A DNA stretch of 64,000 nucleotides from Mobula hypostoma (taxonomy: Eukaryota). Numbering within the stretch: position 1 is the first letter of the stretch; each line of letters begins with the position of its first letter. The stretch lies in the NCBI RefSeq assembly GCF_963921235.1, contig NC_086108.1:79858001-79922000 (forward strand), in the 5' to 3' direction. The position numbers were made by a program, and so were the translations under genes. This document shows positions 36,475 through 49,500 of the stretch, piece by piece. A model generated the notes under the pieces. That model had not been told where the DNA came from. It was given only the letters and a program-made list of their open reading frames with translations, and ran no database searches.

Positions 36475-36629
36475 AGAGGGGGAGCAGTGAGAGAGCGTCT
36501 CACTGAACTATTGTTAGCTTTCACATTGCAGCTTCTCTTTCTCTAGTTTACCTTTGCTTCCAGACTTTGGTTACATTTTAGGCTTTTATTCAGACTGCAA
36601 CTTCATTCAATACTGTGTGCAATACTTGA

Positions 36630-38815
36630 TCCCTCAGTAGGGAAAAAGACAAAGCAGGTGACAGAAGTTTGTGCAGGGGAACACTTTGAATCTAGTGATC
36701 ATATTGCTATTCATTTCAAGGTAATTATGGAAAAGGATCGGTCTAGTCTTTGGGTTACTATTCTAAATTGGCAAAAGGCCAATTTTGATAGTATCAGAAA
36801 GGATTTGGCAAGTGTGAACTGGGACAGGCTGTTTTCTGGCAAAGGTGTACTTGGTAATTGGGAGGCCTTCAAAAGTGGAATTTTGAGAGATCAAAACTTG
36901 TCAGAATAAAAGGCAAGGATAAGAGGTTTAGGGAACCTAGGTTTAGAGAGATATTAAGGTCCTGGTTAAGAAAAAAAATGAGGTGCATAGCAGGTATAGC
37001 CAGGTAAGAACAAATGAGGTACTTGAGGAGTATAAGAAATGCAAGAGAACAATTAAGAAGGAAACCAGGAGGACTAAAAGAAGGCATGAGGTTGCTTTAG
37101 TGTTCAAGAAAATCCCAAGGGTTTTTGCAGATGTGTACAGAGCCAAAGGATTGCAAGTGATTGGTCCTCCGGAAGATCAGAATCATAATCTATGCATGGA
37201 GCCGGATACAGAGTCTATAGGTGTGAGGCAAGACAGTAGCAAAGTCATGAACCCTATACAGATTACAGAAGAGAGGGTGTTTGCTTAATTGAGGCAAACC
37301 AGGCTGGACAAATCCCTAGGATCTGACAAGGTGTTCCTTTGGACCCCATGGGAAGCAAGTACAGAAACTGCAGGGCCTAAGCAAAGATATTTAAATCATC
37401 CTTAGTGACAGGTGAGGTACCAAAGGATTGAAGGATGCTAATATTGTTCCGCTATTTAAGAAAGGCTCCAAGAGTAAACCAGGAAATTATAGGCTGGTGA
37501 GCCTGACATCAGTAGTGGAAATCTTATTGGGAAGTATTCTAAGGGACCCGATATATGAGTATTTGGATAGACAAGGGCTGATTGGGGATAGTCACATAGC
37601 TTTGTATGTGGTAGGTCATGTCAAACCAATCTTATAGAGTTTTTTGGAGGAGTTACCATGAAAGCTGATGAAGGCAAGGCAGTAGATGTTGTCAACGTGG
37701 ACTTTAGCGAGGCATTTGACAAGGTCCAATATAGGAGATTGGTCAAGGAGGTTTAGCTTCTTGGTATTCAAAATGAGGTACTAAATTGGAATAGAAATTG
37801 ACTTTGTGGAAGAAGCCAGAGATGGTTGCCTCTGACTGGAGGCCTGTGACTAGTGCAGTGCCACAGGGATCACTGGGCCCTTTGATGATTGTCATCTATA
37901 TCTGCAAACTGGATGATAATGCAATTAATAGGATCAACAAATTTGCAGATGACACCTAGAATGGGGTTGTGGTAGACAGCAAGGAAGACTATCAAATCTT
38001 TAAGCAGGGTCTGAACCAGCTGGAAAGATGGGCTGAAAAATGGCAGATGGAATTTAGTGAAGACAAGTGTGAGGTGTTGCACTTTGGAAAGACCAACCAG
38101 GGTAGGGCACTGACAAGTAGAACAAAGGGATCTGGGAATACAGGTCCATAATTCATTGAAACTGGTGGCACAGATAGATAGGGTCATAAATAAAGCTTTT
38201 ACCACATTGGCCTTCATAAATCAAAGTACAGGAGATGGAATGTTATGTTGGAGTTGTATGACACGTTATTGAGGCCTAATTTGGAGTATTATGTGCAGTT
38301 ATGGTCACCTACCTACAGCAAAGATGTAAATAAGATTGAAAGAGTACAGAGAAAATTTACAAGGATGTTGCCAGGTCTGAAGGATCTGAATTATAGGGAA
38401 AGATTGAATAGGTTAGAACTTTATTCTCTAGAACATAGAAGATTGAGGAGAGATTTGACAGAGGTATACAAAATTATGAGGAGTATAGACAAGGTAAATG
38501 CAAGCAGGCTTCTTCCACTGAGGTTGTGTGAGACTACAACCAGAGGTCATGGGTTAAGGATAAAAGGTGAAATATTTAAGGGGATCATGAGGGGAAACTT
38601 CTTCACTCAGAGGGTCATGAGAGTGTGGAACGCGTTGCCAGCACAAGTGGTGAATGTAGGTTTGATTTCAACATTTAAGGGAAGCTTGGATACATACGTG
38701 GATGGAAGGGGTGTGGAGGGCTTTGGTCTGGGTGCAGGTTGATCAGAGTAGGCAATTTAAATGGTCCAGCATGGACTGGATGGGCTGAAGGGCCTGCTTC
38801 TGTACTGTAGTTATC
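36630..38815 (+). mobile_element. Decayed CR1 (EN end to 3' UTR)
   Basis: SSDH, PLFKKGSKSKPGNYRLVSLTS, KWQMEF and ORF 38245-38742. Confidence 0.88.
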
Positions 38816-38844
38816 TAATGGTAGGAGCTGTAACAAAATATAGA

Positions 38845-38931
38845 GACACAAAATAATTCAGATGCCGGAATCCAGAGCAAAAAAAAACGTGCCTCTGGGT
38901 CAGGCAGCATCTGTAGAGGAAAATAAACAGT
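38845..38931 (-). mobile_element. Inverted PLE terminal fragment upstream of the second PLE copy
   Basis: cagatgccggaatccagagcaa..ggtcaggcagcatctgtagagga is antisense to the terminus type seen at 41440-41535. Confidence 0.6.
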
Positions 38932-38989
38932 GCTCATGACAAATGATGGCTACAGTCAAGTGTTTGAGATGTGATGATTAACCCAAGAT

Positions 38990-41538
38990 CTGGGGTTCTA
39001 ATACACTTTAGGCCTTTTCTCAAAACCCTCTGACTTTCTCCCCCTCAAACCCTACCTCCTCTGAACACATTGCCCTCCACTCCCTCCTCACCTTAACATT
39101 GAACCCACAGACAAAGGGGATTGATGTTGTAGTACGGCAGACTGACCTCTACCTTGAAGAGGCCAGGCAGCAAGTTCAGACACATCTTCATACCTCCCCC
39201 TTGAAGAGAACCCCACTCCAGACCATCAGAAGCTGTCTCCGACACCATCACTGACCTTGTTGACTCTGGAGAGCTCCCATCCACTGCCACTAAACACAGT
39301 TCCCTTACCCTGCACTGCTCACTTCTACCTCCTACCCAAGATCCACAAACTGGACTATCTGAGTAGGCCCATTGTCTCTGTCTGCTCCTGCCCCACTGAA
39401 CTCATGTCCTCATACCTTGATTCCATTCTATCCCGTCAGGTTCATTCCCTTCCCACCTACATCCGTGACACTTTTCATGCCCTCGATCTCTTCAGTAACT
39501 TTCAATTCACTGGCCCTGAATGCCACATCTTCACCAGTCCCTGTACACCTCTATCCACCCTCAAGGAGGCCTCAAAGCTCTTCGCTTCTTTCTTGACAAA
39601 AGAACCAACCAGATCCCCTCCATCACCACCCTCTTCCATCTGGTAGAACCCTCAACAATTCTTATCTCTGGCTCCTCCCACTTTCTCCAAACTAAGAGGT
39701 AGCCATGGGTACCTGAATGGGCTCCAGATATACTTGTCTCTTGGCTGGCTACGTAAACAGTCCATGTTCAAAGCCTTCCCTCAAAATACTCCCCGACTCT
39801 TCCCCTGATTGCATTGGCACTGCTTCGTGCACCCTTGTTGAGCTCATCAATTTTATCAACTTCCAACCTACCCTTAAATTCACTTAGTTCATCTCTGACA
39901 CCCCCCTCCCCTTTCTCGATCTCTCTTTCTCCATCTCTGGAACCAAACTGTCAAACGACATCTTTTATAAACCTACTGATTCCCATGATTATCTCAACTA
40001 TATCTTTTCCCTACCTATCTCCTGTAAGAATGCTATTCTCTTTTCTCAGTTTCTTCACCCCCACCACATCTGCTGCCATGACATGGCTTTCTGTTCTGGG
40101 ACATTCAAAGAGCAGGGTTTCACTCCTTCTACTACTGATGCTGCCCTCATCCACATTCTCTCCATTTCCCAGACATCCGTGCTCACCCTATCTTCCCCCC
40201 ACCTTAACAGTGGTAGAGTTCCTCTTGTCCTTACCTACTACCCATCAGCTTCCATATCCAACACTTACTCCGTAACTTCTGCCATCTCTAGAGGGATCCT
40301 ACCACTAAACATATCTTTATCTCCCCCACCCCTCCAGGGATTTCTCCCTCCACGATTCCCTTGTGTATTCGTCCCTCCCACTAATCTCCCTCTCAGCACT
40401 TGTCCCTGTAAGCAGCCTGCTCATGCACCTTCTCCCTCACCTCTATTCAGGGCCCCAAACAGTCCTTCCAGGTGAAGCAACACTTCACCTGCAAATCTGC
40501 TGGGGTTGTCTGTTGTGTCCGCTGCTTCTGTTGCGGCCTCCTCTACATTGGAGCGACCCTTCATATACTGGGAGATCACTTCATCAAGCACCTCTGCTCC
40601 ACCTGCAACAAGCAGAATTTCCCGGTGGCCAAACATTTTAATTCCAATTCTGACATGTCAGCCCATTGCCCACTCTTGTGCCAAGATGAGGCCACCCTCA
40701 GGGTGGAGGAGCAACACCTTATATTCTGTCTGGGTAGCCTTCAACCTGATGGCATGAAAATTGATTTCTCCTTTCGATAAAAAAAGCTTCCTCTATTCCC
40801 CACTCTGACCTTTTACCTCTTCTCACCTGCCTATTACTTCCCCCTGGTTCCCTTTCTCCTACAGTCCACTCTCTTCTCCAATTCAGCAGTGAAGTGCTAC
40901 CAGGATAATCAAAGACACGACCCACCCAGCCAACACACTATTCATCCCTCTTCCCTCCGGGAGAAGGCTCAGGAGCTTGAAGACTCGTACGGCCAGATTT
41001 GGGAACAGCTTCTTTCCAACTGTGATAAGACTGCTGAACGGATCCTGACCCGGATCTGGGCCGTACCCTCCAAATATCCGGATCTGCCTCTCGGTTTTTT
41101 TGCACTACCTTACTTTCCCTTTTCTATTTTCTGTTTATGATTTATAATTTAAAATTTTAATATTTACTATCGATTTGTACTCCAGGGAGTGCAAAGCACA
41201 GAATCAAATATGGCTGTGATGATTGTACATTCTATTATCCATTGTTTGGCAACAATAAAGTATAAAAGTAAAAAAAAAGTATTAGATTCCTTCTTCTCTG
41301 GCCCTTGACCTTTCCCACCCACCTGGCTTCACCTATCACCTTCCAGGCAGCCTCATTCCCCTCCCCCATTTTTTTATTGTATCACCTTCCCCCTTCCTTC
41401 TCAGTCCAGAAGAAGGGTCTCTGCCTGGAACGTCGACTGTTTATTCAGTTCCATGGATGTTGCCTGACCTGCTGAGTTTCTCCAGCAATTTGCGTGTGTT
41501 GCTTTGGATTTCCAGCATTTGCAGACTTTTTCGTATTT
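38990..41538 (+). mobile_element. Second Penelope-like copy (RT, GIY-YIG, terminus), decayed
   Basis: HFYLLPKIHK, SLYTSI and ORF 40472-40780 (CFCCGLLYIGAT). Decayed hammerhead CAGTC-CAGAAGA..GGAACGTC-GACTG at 41402-41439. Confidence 0.9.
40883..41279 (+). mobile_element. Rex1/Babar 3' fragment inserted in the PLE 3' UTR
   Basis: RIIKDTTHPANTLF..LKTRTARFGNSFFP, then AATAAAG and an A-rich tail. Confidence 0.8.
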
Positions 41539-41629
41539 AAGAATAATTCTTCTCTCATTTATTGTGGTACTTTCTTACCTTGTTTTTACCTGGGCCTTTG
41601 ATTTTATACGTTCTGTAAATGTGTGAAAT

Positions 41630-42928
41630 AAAATCATTCAAGATGAGGTAGTGAATTGGATTAGACATTGGCTTAGTGGGAGAAACCAGAGAGTGGTAGT
41701 AGATGGTTGCTTCTCTGACTGGAGGCTTTGACGAATGGAGTGCTGCAGGGGTCCGTTTGTTGCCTGTCATCTAGGTGTTGCCTAGACCAATCAGGCTAGA
41801 TATTACACAGTGAATGGTGAGGCACTGAGAAGTGTGGTAAACAAAGGGATCAGGAAATATAGTTCCATAATTCAGCGAAAGTGGCCTCACAGGTTGATAG
41901 GGTCATAAAGAAAGCTTTTGGCACATTGGCCTTCATTAATCAAAGTACTGGGTAAAGGAGATGGGATGTTATGTTGAATGCATAAGAGATAGGTGAGGCC
42001 TAATTTGGATTATGTGTGCAGTTTTGGACATCTACCTACAGGAAAGATGTAAATAAGGTTGAAAGAGTACAGAAGCAATTTACAAGGATGTTGCTGGGTC
42101 TGGAAAACCTGAGTTATATGGAAAGATAGAATAGTGTAGGATGTTATTCAAAAGTTCAAAACATTTGAAGTAAAGTTTATTATCAGAGTACATACGTCAC
42201 CACATACAACCCTGAGATTCTTTTTCTTGCGTGTATAATTAGAAAATTAATAGAACAGTTACTGTAAACAGGATCAACTGTGAAAATGCAATAAATAATG
42301 AGTATGAAATAACATGAAATAAAAAAGCATGAAATAACAAGATAAAGAGTCCTTAAAATGGGACCATTGGTTGTGGGAACATCGGAAATAGAATGTGTAG
42401 TGATCCCCTTTTGTTCAAGAGCCTAATGGTTGAGGGGTAGTAACTGTTCCTGAACTTGGTGGTGCAAGTCCTGAGGCTCTTGTACCTTCTACCTGATGGC
42501 AGCAGCGAGAAAAGAGCATAGCCTGGGTGGTGAGGATCTTTGATGATGGATGCTGCTTTTCTATGGCAAAAGTTTCAAGTAGATGTGCTCATTGGTTGGG
42601 AGTACTCATGATATTCTAGGCCAAACCCAATAACTTTGGTAGGATTTCCACTCAAAGGAATTGGTGCTCCCATACCAGGTCCTTGGAATGTAGAAGACTG
42701 AGAGGAGATTTGATGGAGGTATACAAAATTATGAGAGGTATAGATTGGATAAGTGCAAGCAGTCTTTTTCCCACTGAGTTTAGATGGGGCTACAAATAGA
42801 GGTCATGGGTTAAGGGTGAAAGGTGAAATGTTTAAGAAGAACACGAGGAGAAACTTCTTTGCTCAGAGGGTCATGAGAGTGTGGAATGAGCTGCCAGCGC
42901 AAGTGGTGCATGCGAGTTCGGTTTCAAT
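41630..42928 (+). mobile_element. Decayed CR1 3' part split by a Rex1 insertion
   Basis: CR1 ORF2 sequence stops at ~42146 (gatgttatt) and resumes at ~42681 (ccttggaatgtagaagactgagagg). Confidence 0.8.
42147..42680 (-). mobile_element. Rex1-like 3' fragment
   Basis: Antisense KAASIIKDPHHPGYALFSLLPSGRRYKSLR, with a TTTGAAC-type tail at 42147-42170. Confidence 0.8.
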
Positions 42929-43639
42929 CGTATTTCTGTTGCTGTTGGAACACTTCATTTGTGGCAAATTATACTTACTGTAGATTTTCATGAGTCAGGA
43001 GGCGAGGAGCAAAAGCACAAGAAGGAAACAATGAGCTTTATTGTGAATTGTCTTGCTTTACTGGCTCCAGGGCTCTGTTGCCTGTTATTCAGCTAAAAGA
43101 AAGGAGGAAGAGCATGAACATTCTACAAATCTGTCGGTGCTCTTTTACGACCAGTTAGGAGGGCAAGTGCTGGTGAGGAAGCTTTACAGCTCTTTTTGTC
43201 ATCGAGGGAAACCACTTCACATGGGCCTCCATGTTTGGCAGCAATGGATTGGAAGCAAGCCAAGGATGTTTTTTCAGACGTTCAAGTCTATGGTGCAATG
43301 AGCTCTTTAAGACTATTTTTTATGTTTTTCTCTTGTGGAATTAATTTTATTGCTTATGGACTTATAGACCTCTAGAACTAAGAATGGATCATTACATTAA
43401 AAAATGGCACTGCACAGAGACACAGTGGCATCTCTGGCTCCCAATAATGGTGCTAGTTTCAAATTCTTAGATGATGTTTCAAAGTTTCTAGTCAGGTATT
43501 GCAGTTAACCAAAGCTCTGCGAATACAGCACTACTGAACTATTGGACAAAATAACTTTTAATCTGCTATGGTAGAGTTAATACTGGTGCTCAACAGATTG
43601 GGGTTCTATGGACACCACACCCAGCAACAGTGACCTGGG

Positions 43640-45260
43640 CCAGGCAGCTCAGCTGAGGGAACGGCAGACACAGGAAGCAGAAAGGCTGCAAGAGAGCCAG
43701 GGTACTAGCTAGGTTGAAAGCTAACCCGACCAGGCCAGTGGTACCATGACTTTTCCTGGCCAATGTCAGCTCGCTAGAAAATAAAATGGACTCACTGAGA
43801 CTGAGAATGAATGCACAGAAAGAGATGAGAAACAGCTGCATTCTGGTTTTCACCAAAACGTGGCTAAATAACAACATGCCCGACTCAGCCTTTTAACTCA
43901 AAGGTTCTGCGCAGATAGGAACTCAGTGTCAGGGAAATCCAAAGGAGGGGTACTCTGTGTGTATACTAACAAAGTTTGGTGCACAAACTCATCTGTAGTT
44001 GGCAGTCACTATTCTGTGGCAATTGAACATATTACAATTAAATGCCAACCACATTTTCTGCTCAGGAAGTTTATTGTTGTGTTCATCACCTCTGGCTACA
44101 TCCTCCCGAGTTCAAACGCCAAGGAGAGCTTTACAGTATCATCAGCTCTCTACAAACCAAGCACCCGGATGGTCTCCTCATGTTAGCCCGCAGGACTTTT
44201 TATCCAAATTTCACCAACATGTCACTAGGACCACTGGGGGAACAAACAGACGTGGTACTTACAAAGCCACCCCATGCCCTCATCTTGTCCTCTCTGACCA
44301 CATCTCCATCCTGTTAATCCCAGCATACCAAATGCTGCTGAAAATGGAGAAACCAGTCAAAGGGACCATCACTGTATGGCCTAATGAGGCAATCTCTATA
44401 TCTCTGAACTTGAACAGAATAACTGGCAGGTATTCAAAGAGCTTGTCACAAACAGACAAGACACAGACCTCGAGGAATGCGTCTCAGCCGTCTCCAGATA
44501 TAACTGTAAGTGGATAGACGACGTTGACACCTCAAGAATGGTCATTTAAAAAATTGCCCTAGAACACATTCTACATAATCAAAAAAACTGACCAACGCCT
44601 CCAGTATCTGGGGAGGCTGAAATGAGCTGGACTATACACATCAGTGCTCACACCGTCTACAGATGCATAGTGGAGAGCATCCTAACAAGTTGCGTCATTT
44701 CATGGTATAGAAGCTGCAATGAAGCAGGTAGGTAGGTTCTATAATGGGTGGTCAAAACTGCTCAACGTATCACCAGCACCAGCCTACCTGCCATCAAGGG
44801 CATACACTAGATATAGAAAAGTGCGAGGCAAGGGCCGGCAATATACATAATGAAGGGATCCCATCCACTCTGCTCATGGACTGTTTGTTCTACTCTCAAC
44901 AGGGAGGAGGCTAAGTAGCATTCATGCCAAAACCACCAGACTCAAAAACAGCGACTTTCCCCAAGCAGTAAGGCTGATCAATACCTCCACTCACTAACCC
45001 ATCCCACGACACATCTAACCACCACTAATTTATCATTTCTTGTCAGTCACCTTATGTATAGATACTCCTGTGTACATCATCTTATGTACAGACCATCAAT
45101 CTATTTATGTAAGCCATCTTATGTATGTATTTATGTTCATTTTATTACTGTGTTCCTTATGTTAACGTGTTTTTTTGTGCTGCTTCGAATTCAGAGTTAC
45201 AATTATTTCATTCTCCTTTACAGTGTGTACTGGAAATGACATTAAGCAATCTTGAATCTT
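43640..45260 (+). mobile_element. Rex1/Babar LINE, EN plus 3' end, RT deleted, decayed
   Basis: LANVSSLENKMD..CILVFTKTWL, GKSKGGVLCVY and SDH, then C-terminal ESILT and HPLCS-region remnants and a tcttgaatctt tail. Confidence 0.75.
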
Positions 45261-46269
45261 AAGTGTGAATCTCTTATACAGAAACTTTACCTAAAAGCAT
45301 ATCTGATGAAGCCAGTTCTGATGATTAAAAACCCTGTGCAATACATTATTTTTCTGAGCAGGCTTAAACATAATTTATACATCATATTCTATAATTTGAT
45401 AGAAATAGGTCCTTAATTAAAAGATATCTTGAGGTAATAGTGCTTCAATTTTTATTAAAACCACAGAAATTGCTGGAAAAACTCAGGCAGCATCTGTGGA
45501 GAGACAAACCACTACCTATTCTGATCTGGGAATTTTGTCATAACTTTTTTGTCCCTGCAGTTTTTAAAAAAAAATTCACTGGCATTGTATTTCATTCTAT
45601 TGGAAGGTCCAATGAATTATCTCCGAGATTACATAGAAGTTTGTACAAGGTTTTCCAAATTTGTATCTGTATAGTTATTAAGCTAAAAAAGCAAAACACT
45701 GTGTAAAAATGAAGTCAGAATGTATGATATTAAAATTGGACTAATATTGTACCACTACCATTGCAAACCTGTTAACCTGAGCCCTGTATTGACTGAAATC
45801 TGAACTGAATGTTGACTCTATGGTGTACTGCTACAGGTGATTAGCCAGTATGAGCTACATGCAGGTGCATCATTATTGAAAGAGGCCTAAGTATTAATTA
45901 TAATTAATTTTCAGTTAAAATTTGTTTTTACAGTCATATCATATGAACTGACATAGTGGAAACATAGCTGCTTCTTCTTCTGGCCCATCGCCAATTTCTT
46001 AGCATCTGCATTCTTTCTGATAATGCTTCTGTGAAACACCTTGGAAAATTATACACTGTTAAATGTCCAGTTTAAACACACATACTAAGGTTGTCATCTG
46101 AGGGAAATTTATCTTCATAGGCACCATTTAAAGATAACCATCTCATCTTTAAGGGAAGGTGCACTGTTGTTATGGAGAGCAAAGAAGCTTCAGTAGTTGA
46201 GAGGTGAGAAAAACCTGGATTGCTTTTTTTTCCCCTCAAGTGTGGAGTTTATGGGGCACCCTGATTTAT

Positions 46270-46522
46270 TTATTTTATTTAGAAAGACAGCACAGAACAA
46301 ACCCTTTGGGCCCAACAAACTGCACCGCCCTGCAATCTACCTAATTAACCCAAGTCTAATCGCAGGACAATTCACAATTCACAATGACCTATTAACCTTT
46401 GGACTGTGGGAGGAAAATGCAGCACCCAAAGGAAACCCATCCAGTCATGGGGTGAATGTGCAAACTCCTTACAACGGCATCGAAATTGAACTCGAGCTGT
46501 AATGGTGCCACACTAGTCACTA
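46270..46522 (-). mobile_element. V-SINE (HE1-like, tRNA-derived)
   Basis: Minus strand has a B-box-like GAGTTCAATT and the V-domain GGAGTTTGCACATTCACCCC..TGGGTTTCC..TTTCCTCCCACAGTCCAAAG. Confidence 0.7.
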
Positions 46523-46835
46523 CATACGTACATAGAGTAACTGTCCACCCAGCGTAGATAGTCATCTTCCCAGGGTGGAATTATCAACTACTCCGAGGGC
46601 ATAGCTTAAAATGGGGGGGGGGGGAGTTTAAAGGAGGTTTATGGGGTTAGTTTTTGCACAGGGTGTGGTAGGTGCCTGAAATGCACTGCTAGACTAAGTC
46701 ATAGAGTTAAAAAGTCACGGAATAATACCTTTGGCCCAAATGGTCCATAGTCATCACAATATCCTCCCTGCTTGTCTCTGTTGCCCATGTTCGGCTCATA
46801 ATCCTTCAAGACCTTCCCACCATGTACCTGTCCAA

Positions 46836-49352
46836 ATTGAACTCCATTGGTAACCGGCAGCCAGCCAGAGTAGGATCCCTTTTTTCGCACTCTCTGTTTT
46901 CTGCCGATCAGCCAATGCTCCACCCATGCTAGTAACTCCCCTGTAATTCCATGGGCTCCTATCTTGTTAAGCAGCCTCATGTGCAGCACCTTGTCAAAGG
47001 CCTTCTGAAGATCCAAGTACACCACACCTACTGCATCTCTTTTGTCTACCCTGCTTGTAATTTCCTCAAAAATTTGCAGTAGGTTAGTCAGATAGGATTT
47101 TCTTTTCAGGAAACCATGCTGGCTTTGGCCTATTTTGTCATGTGCCTCCAGGCATTCTGTAATCTCATCCCTAAAAATCGATTCCAACAACTTCCCAAAG
47201 ACTGATGTCAGGCTAACAGGTCTATAGTTTCCTTTCTGCTGCTCCCACCCTTCTTAAATAGCACAGTAACATTTGCAATTTTCCAGTCATCCGGTACAAT
47301 GCCAGAATCTATTGGTTCTTGAAAGATCATTGTTAATGCCTCCTCAATCTCTCCAGCTACTTCCTTCAGAACCCGAGAGTGCATTCCATCAAGTTCAGGA
47401 GATTTATCCACCCTCAGACCATTACGCTTCCTGAACACCTTCTCTGTCGTAATTTTCACTCCACATACTTCACTTCCCTGACACTCTTGAATGTCCGGTA
47501 TATTGCAGATGTCTTCCACTGTGAAAACTGATGCAAAATACGCATTCAGTTCCTCTGCCATCTCTGTGTCTCTCATTACACTATCTCCAGCGCCATTTTC
47601 TATTGGTCCTATATCTACCCTCAACTCTCTTTTACCCTTTATATACTTAAAAAAGCTTTTGGTATCTTCTTTGATATTAGTTGCCAACTTCCTTTCATAA
47701 TTGAACTTTTCTTTCCTAATGACCTTCTTAGTTTCCTTCCGTAAGTTTTTAAAACTTCCCAATCCTCTATCTTCCCACTAGCTTTGGATTCCTTGTATGC
47801 CCTCTCTTTTGCTTTTACTTTGGCCCTGACTTCACTTGTCAGCCACAGTAGTGTCCTTCTTCCATTTGAAAATTTCTTCTTATTTGGAATACATCTGTCT
47901 TGCACTTCTCTCATTTTTCACAGAAACTCCAGCCATTGCTGCTCTGCTGTCCCTCCTGCTCGTGTCCCTTTCCAGTCAACCTTGACCAGTACCCCTCTCA
48001 TGCCATTGTAATTTCCTTTATTCCACTGAAATACCGACACATTGGAATTTAGTTTCTCCTTCTCAAATTTCAATGTGAACTCAGTCATATTGTGATCACT
48101 GTTTCCTAAGGGTTCCTTAACCCTAAGCTCTCTTATCACCTCTGGATCATTGCACAACACCCAATCCAGCACAGCCGATCCCCTAGTGGGCTCAACAACA
48201 GGCTGTTCTAAAAAGCCATCCCTTAGACATTCTACAAATTCTCTCTCTTGAGATCCAGTACTAGCCTAGTTTTCCCAATCCACTTTCATGTTGAAATCCC
48301 CAACGATTATTATGATATTGCCCTTCTGACATGCCTTTTCTATCTCCTGCTGTAATTTGTAATCCACATCCCAGCTGCTGTTTGGAGGCCTGTAAGCAAC
48401 TGCCATTAGTGTCCTTTTACCCTTGCCATTTCTTAAATCAACCCATCAAGATTCTACACCTTCCGATCCCATGTCATCCCTTTCTAATGATTTAATATTA
48501 TTTCTTATACACAGGGCCACACCACCCCCTCTGCCTACTAACCTATCTTTCCAATACACGTATATCCTTGGACGTTCAGCTCCCAATGGCAGCCATACTT
48601 TAGCCAAGTTTCAGAGATGGCCACAATCTCATACTTGCCAATTTTAGCTGAATTTCAAGATCGTCCATTTTATTTCTTATGCTGCGTGCATTCAAATACA
48701 ACTCTTTCAGTCCAGTATTTGTTGCTTTCTGTTTTAACTGCACCACGCCTCTATTGCCCTGTAACTCATCCCACTGGCTGTGATTATGCCTCATCTCCTG
48801 CCTGTCCTTTCTATCATCCCTGTTGCATGCTATCTTTGATTTATTTCTGTTTTCCCCTTTCTCAGCCCTATCACTCCGGTTCTCATCCCCCTGCAAAATT
48901 GGTTTAAACCCTCCCTAACAACTCTATTAAACCTGCCTGCTAGGATAGGATCCCTTTGGGTTCAAGTGTAACCTGTCCATTTTGTACAGGTCATACCTCC
49001 CCCGGAAGATCCCTCAATGATCTAGGAACCTGAAGCCCTGCCCCCTACACCACTCTCTCAGCCACACATTAATATGCCCGATCATGCCATTCTTGTGCTC
49101 GTTAGCCCATGGCACAGGCAGCAATTCCGAGATTACTACCCTGGAGGTCCTGACTTTCAGCTTCCTACCCAACTCCCTGAATTCTCTCTTCAGGACCTCC
49201 TCCCTTTTTCTACCTACGCCATTGGTACCATCGTGTACCAAGACTTCTGGCTATTCACCCTCTCCCTTCAGAATACTCTGCACCCGATCCAAGACATCCC
49301 ATACCCTGGCACCTGGGAGACAACACACCATGCGGGTATCTCTATCAGGCTG
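46836..49352 (-). mobile_element. CR1 LINE retaining ORF1 (SGNH esterase) and ORF2 EN/RT
   Basis: ORF 49014-49241 (VHDGTNG..RVVISELLPVP..NVWLREWCRGQGFRFLDH) is a CR1 ORF1 esterase. ORF2 has LYLNARSI, NSDH, QHGF and YLDLQKAFDKV. Confidence 0.9.
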
Positions 49353-49359
49353 ATTGTGA

Positions 49360-49500
49360 ATGCAAACACGAGGAATTCTGCAGATGCTGGAATTTCAAGC
49401 AACACACATAAAAATTGCTGGTGAACGCAGCAGGCCAGGCAGCATCTCTAGGAAGAGGTACAGTTGACGTTTCGGGCCGAGAATCTTTGTCAGGACTAAC
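49360..49500 (-). mobile_element. Solo PLE terminus with hammerhead motif (G8 mutated)
   Basis: Minus strand reads AGTC-CTGACAA-AGATTCTCGGCCC-GAAA-CGTC-AACTG, followed by the GATGCTGCCTGGCCTGCTGCGTTCACCAGCA terminus. Confidence 0.8.

Larger units (their letters stand above)
29990..36510 (-). mobile_element. Near-full-length Penelope-like element (Neptune-type), split by CR1
   Basis: One ~1000-codon reading path: N-terminal region, VLSKGLTFVP, KPADKGG, RT, Cys-rich linker, GIY-YIG, then a C-rich 3' UTR and a terminal hammerhead. Confidence 0.93.

Noticed and set aside
35199..36546. Many Gly/Glu/Arg-rich plus-strand ORFs
   Set aside because: Antisense shadows of the C-rich PLE coding strand.
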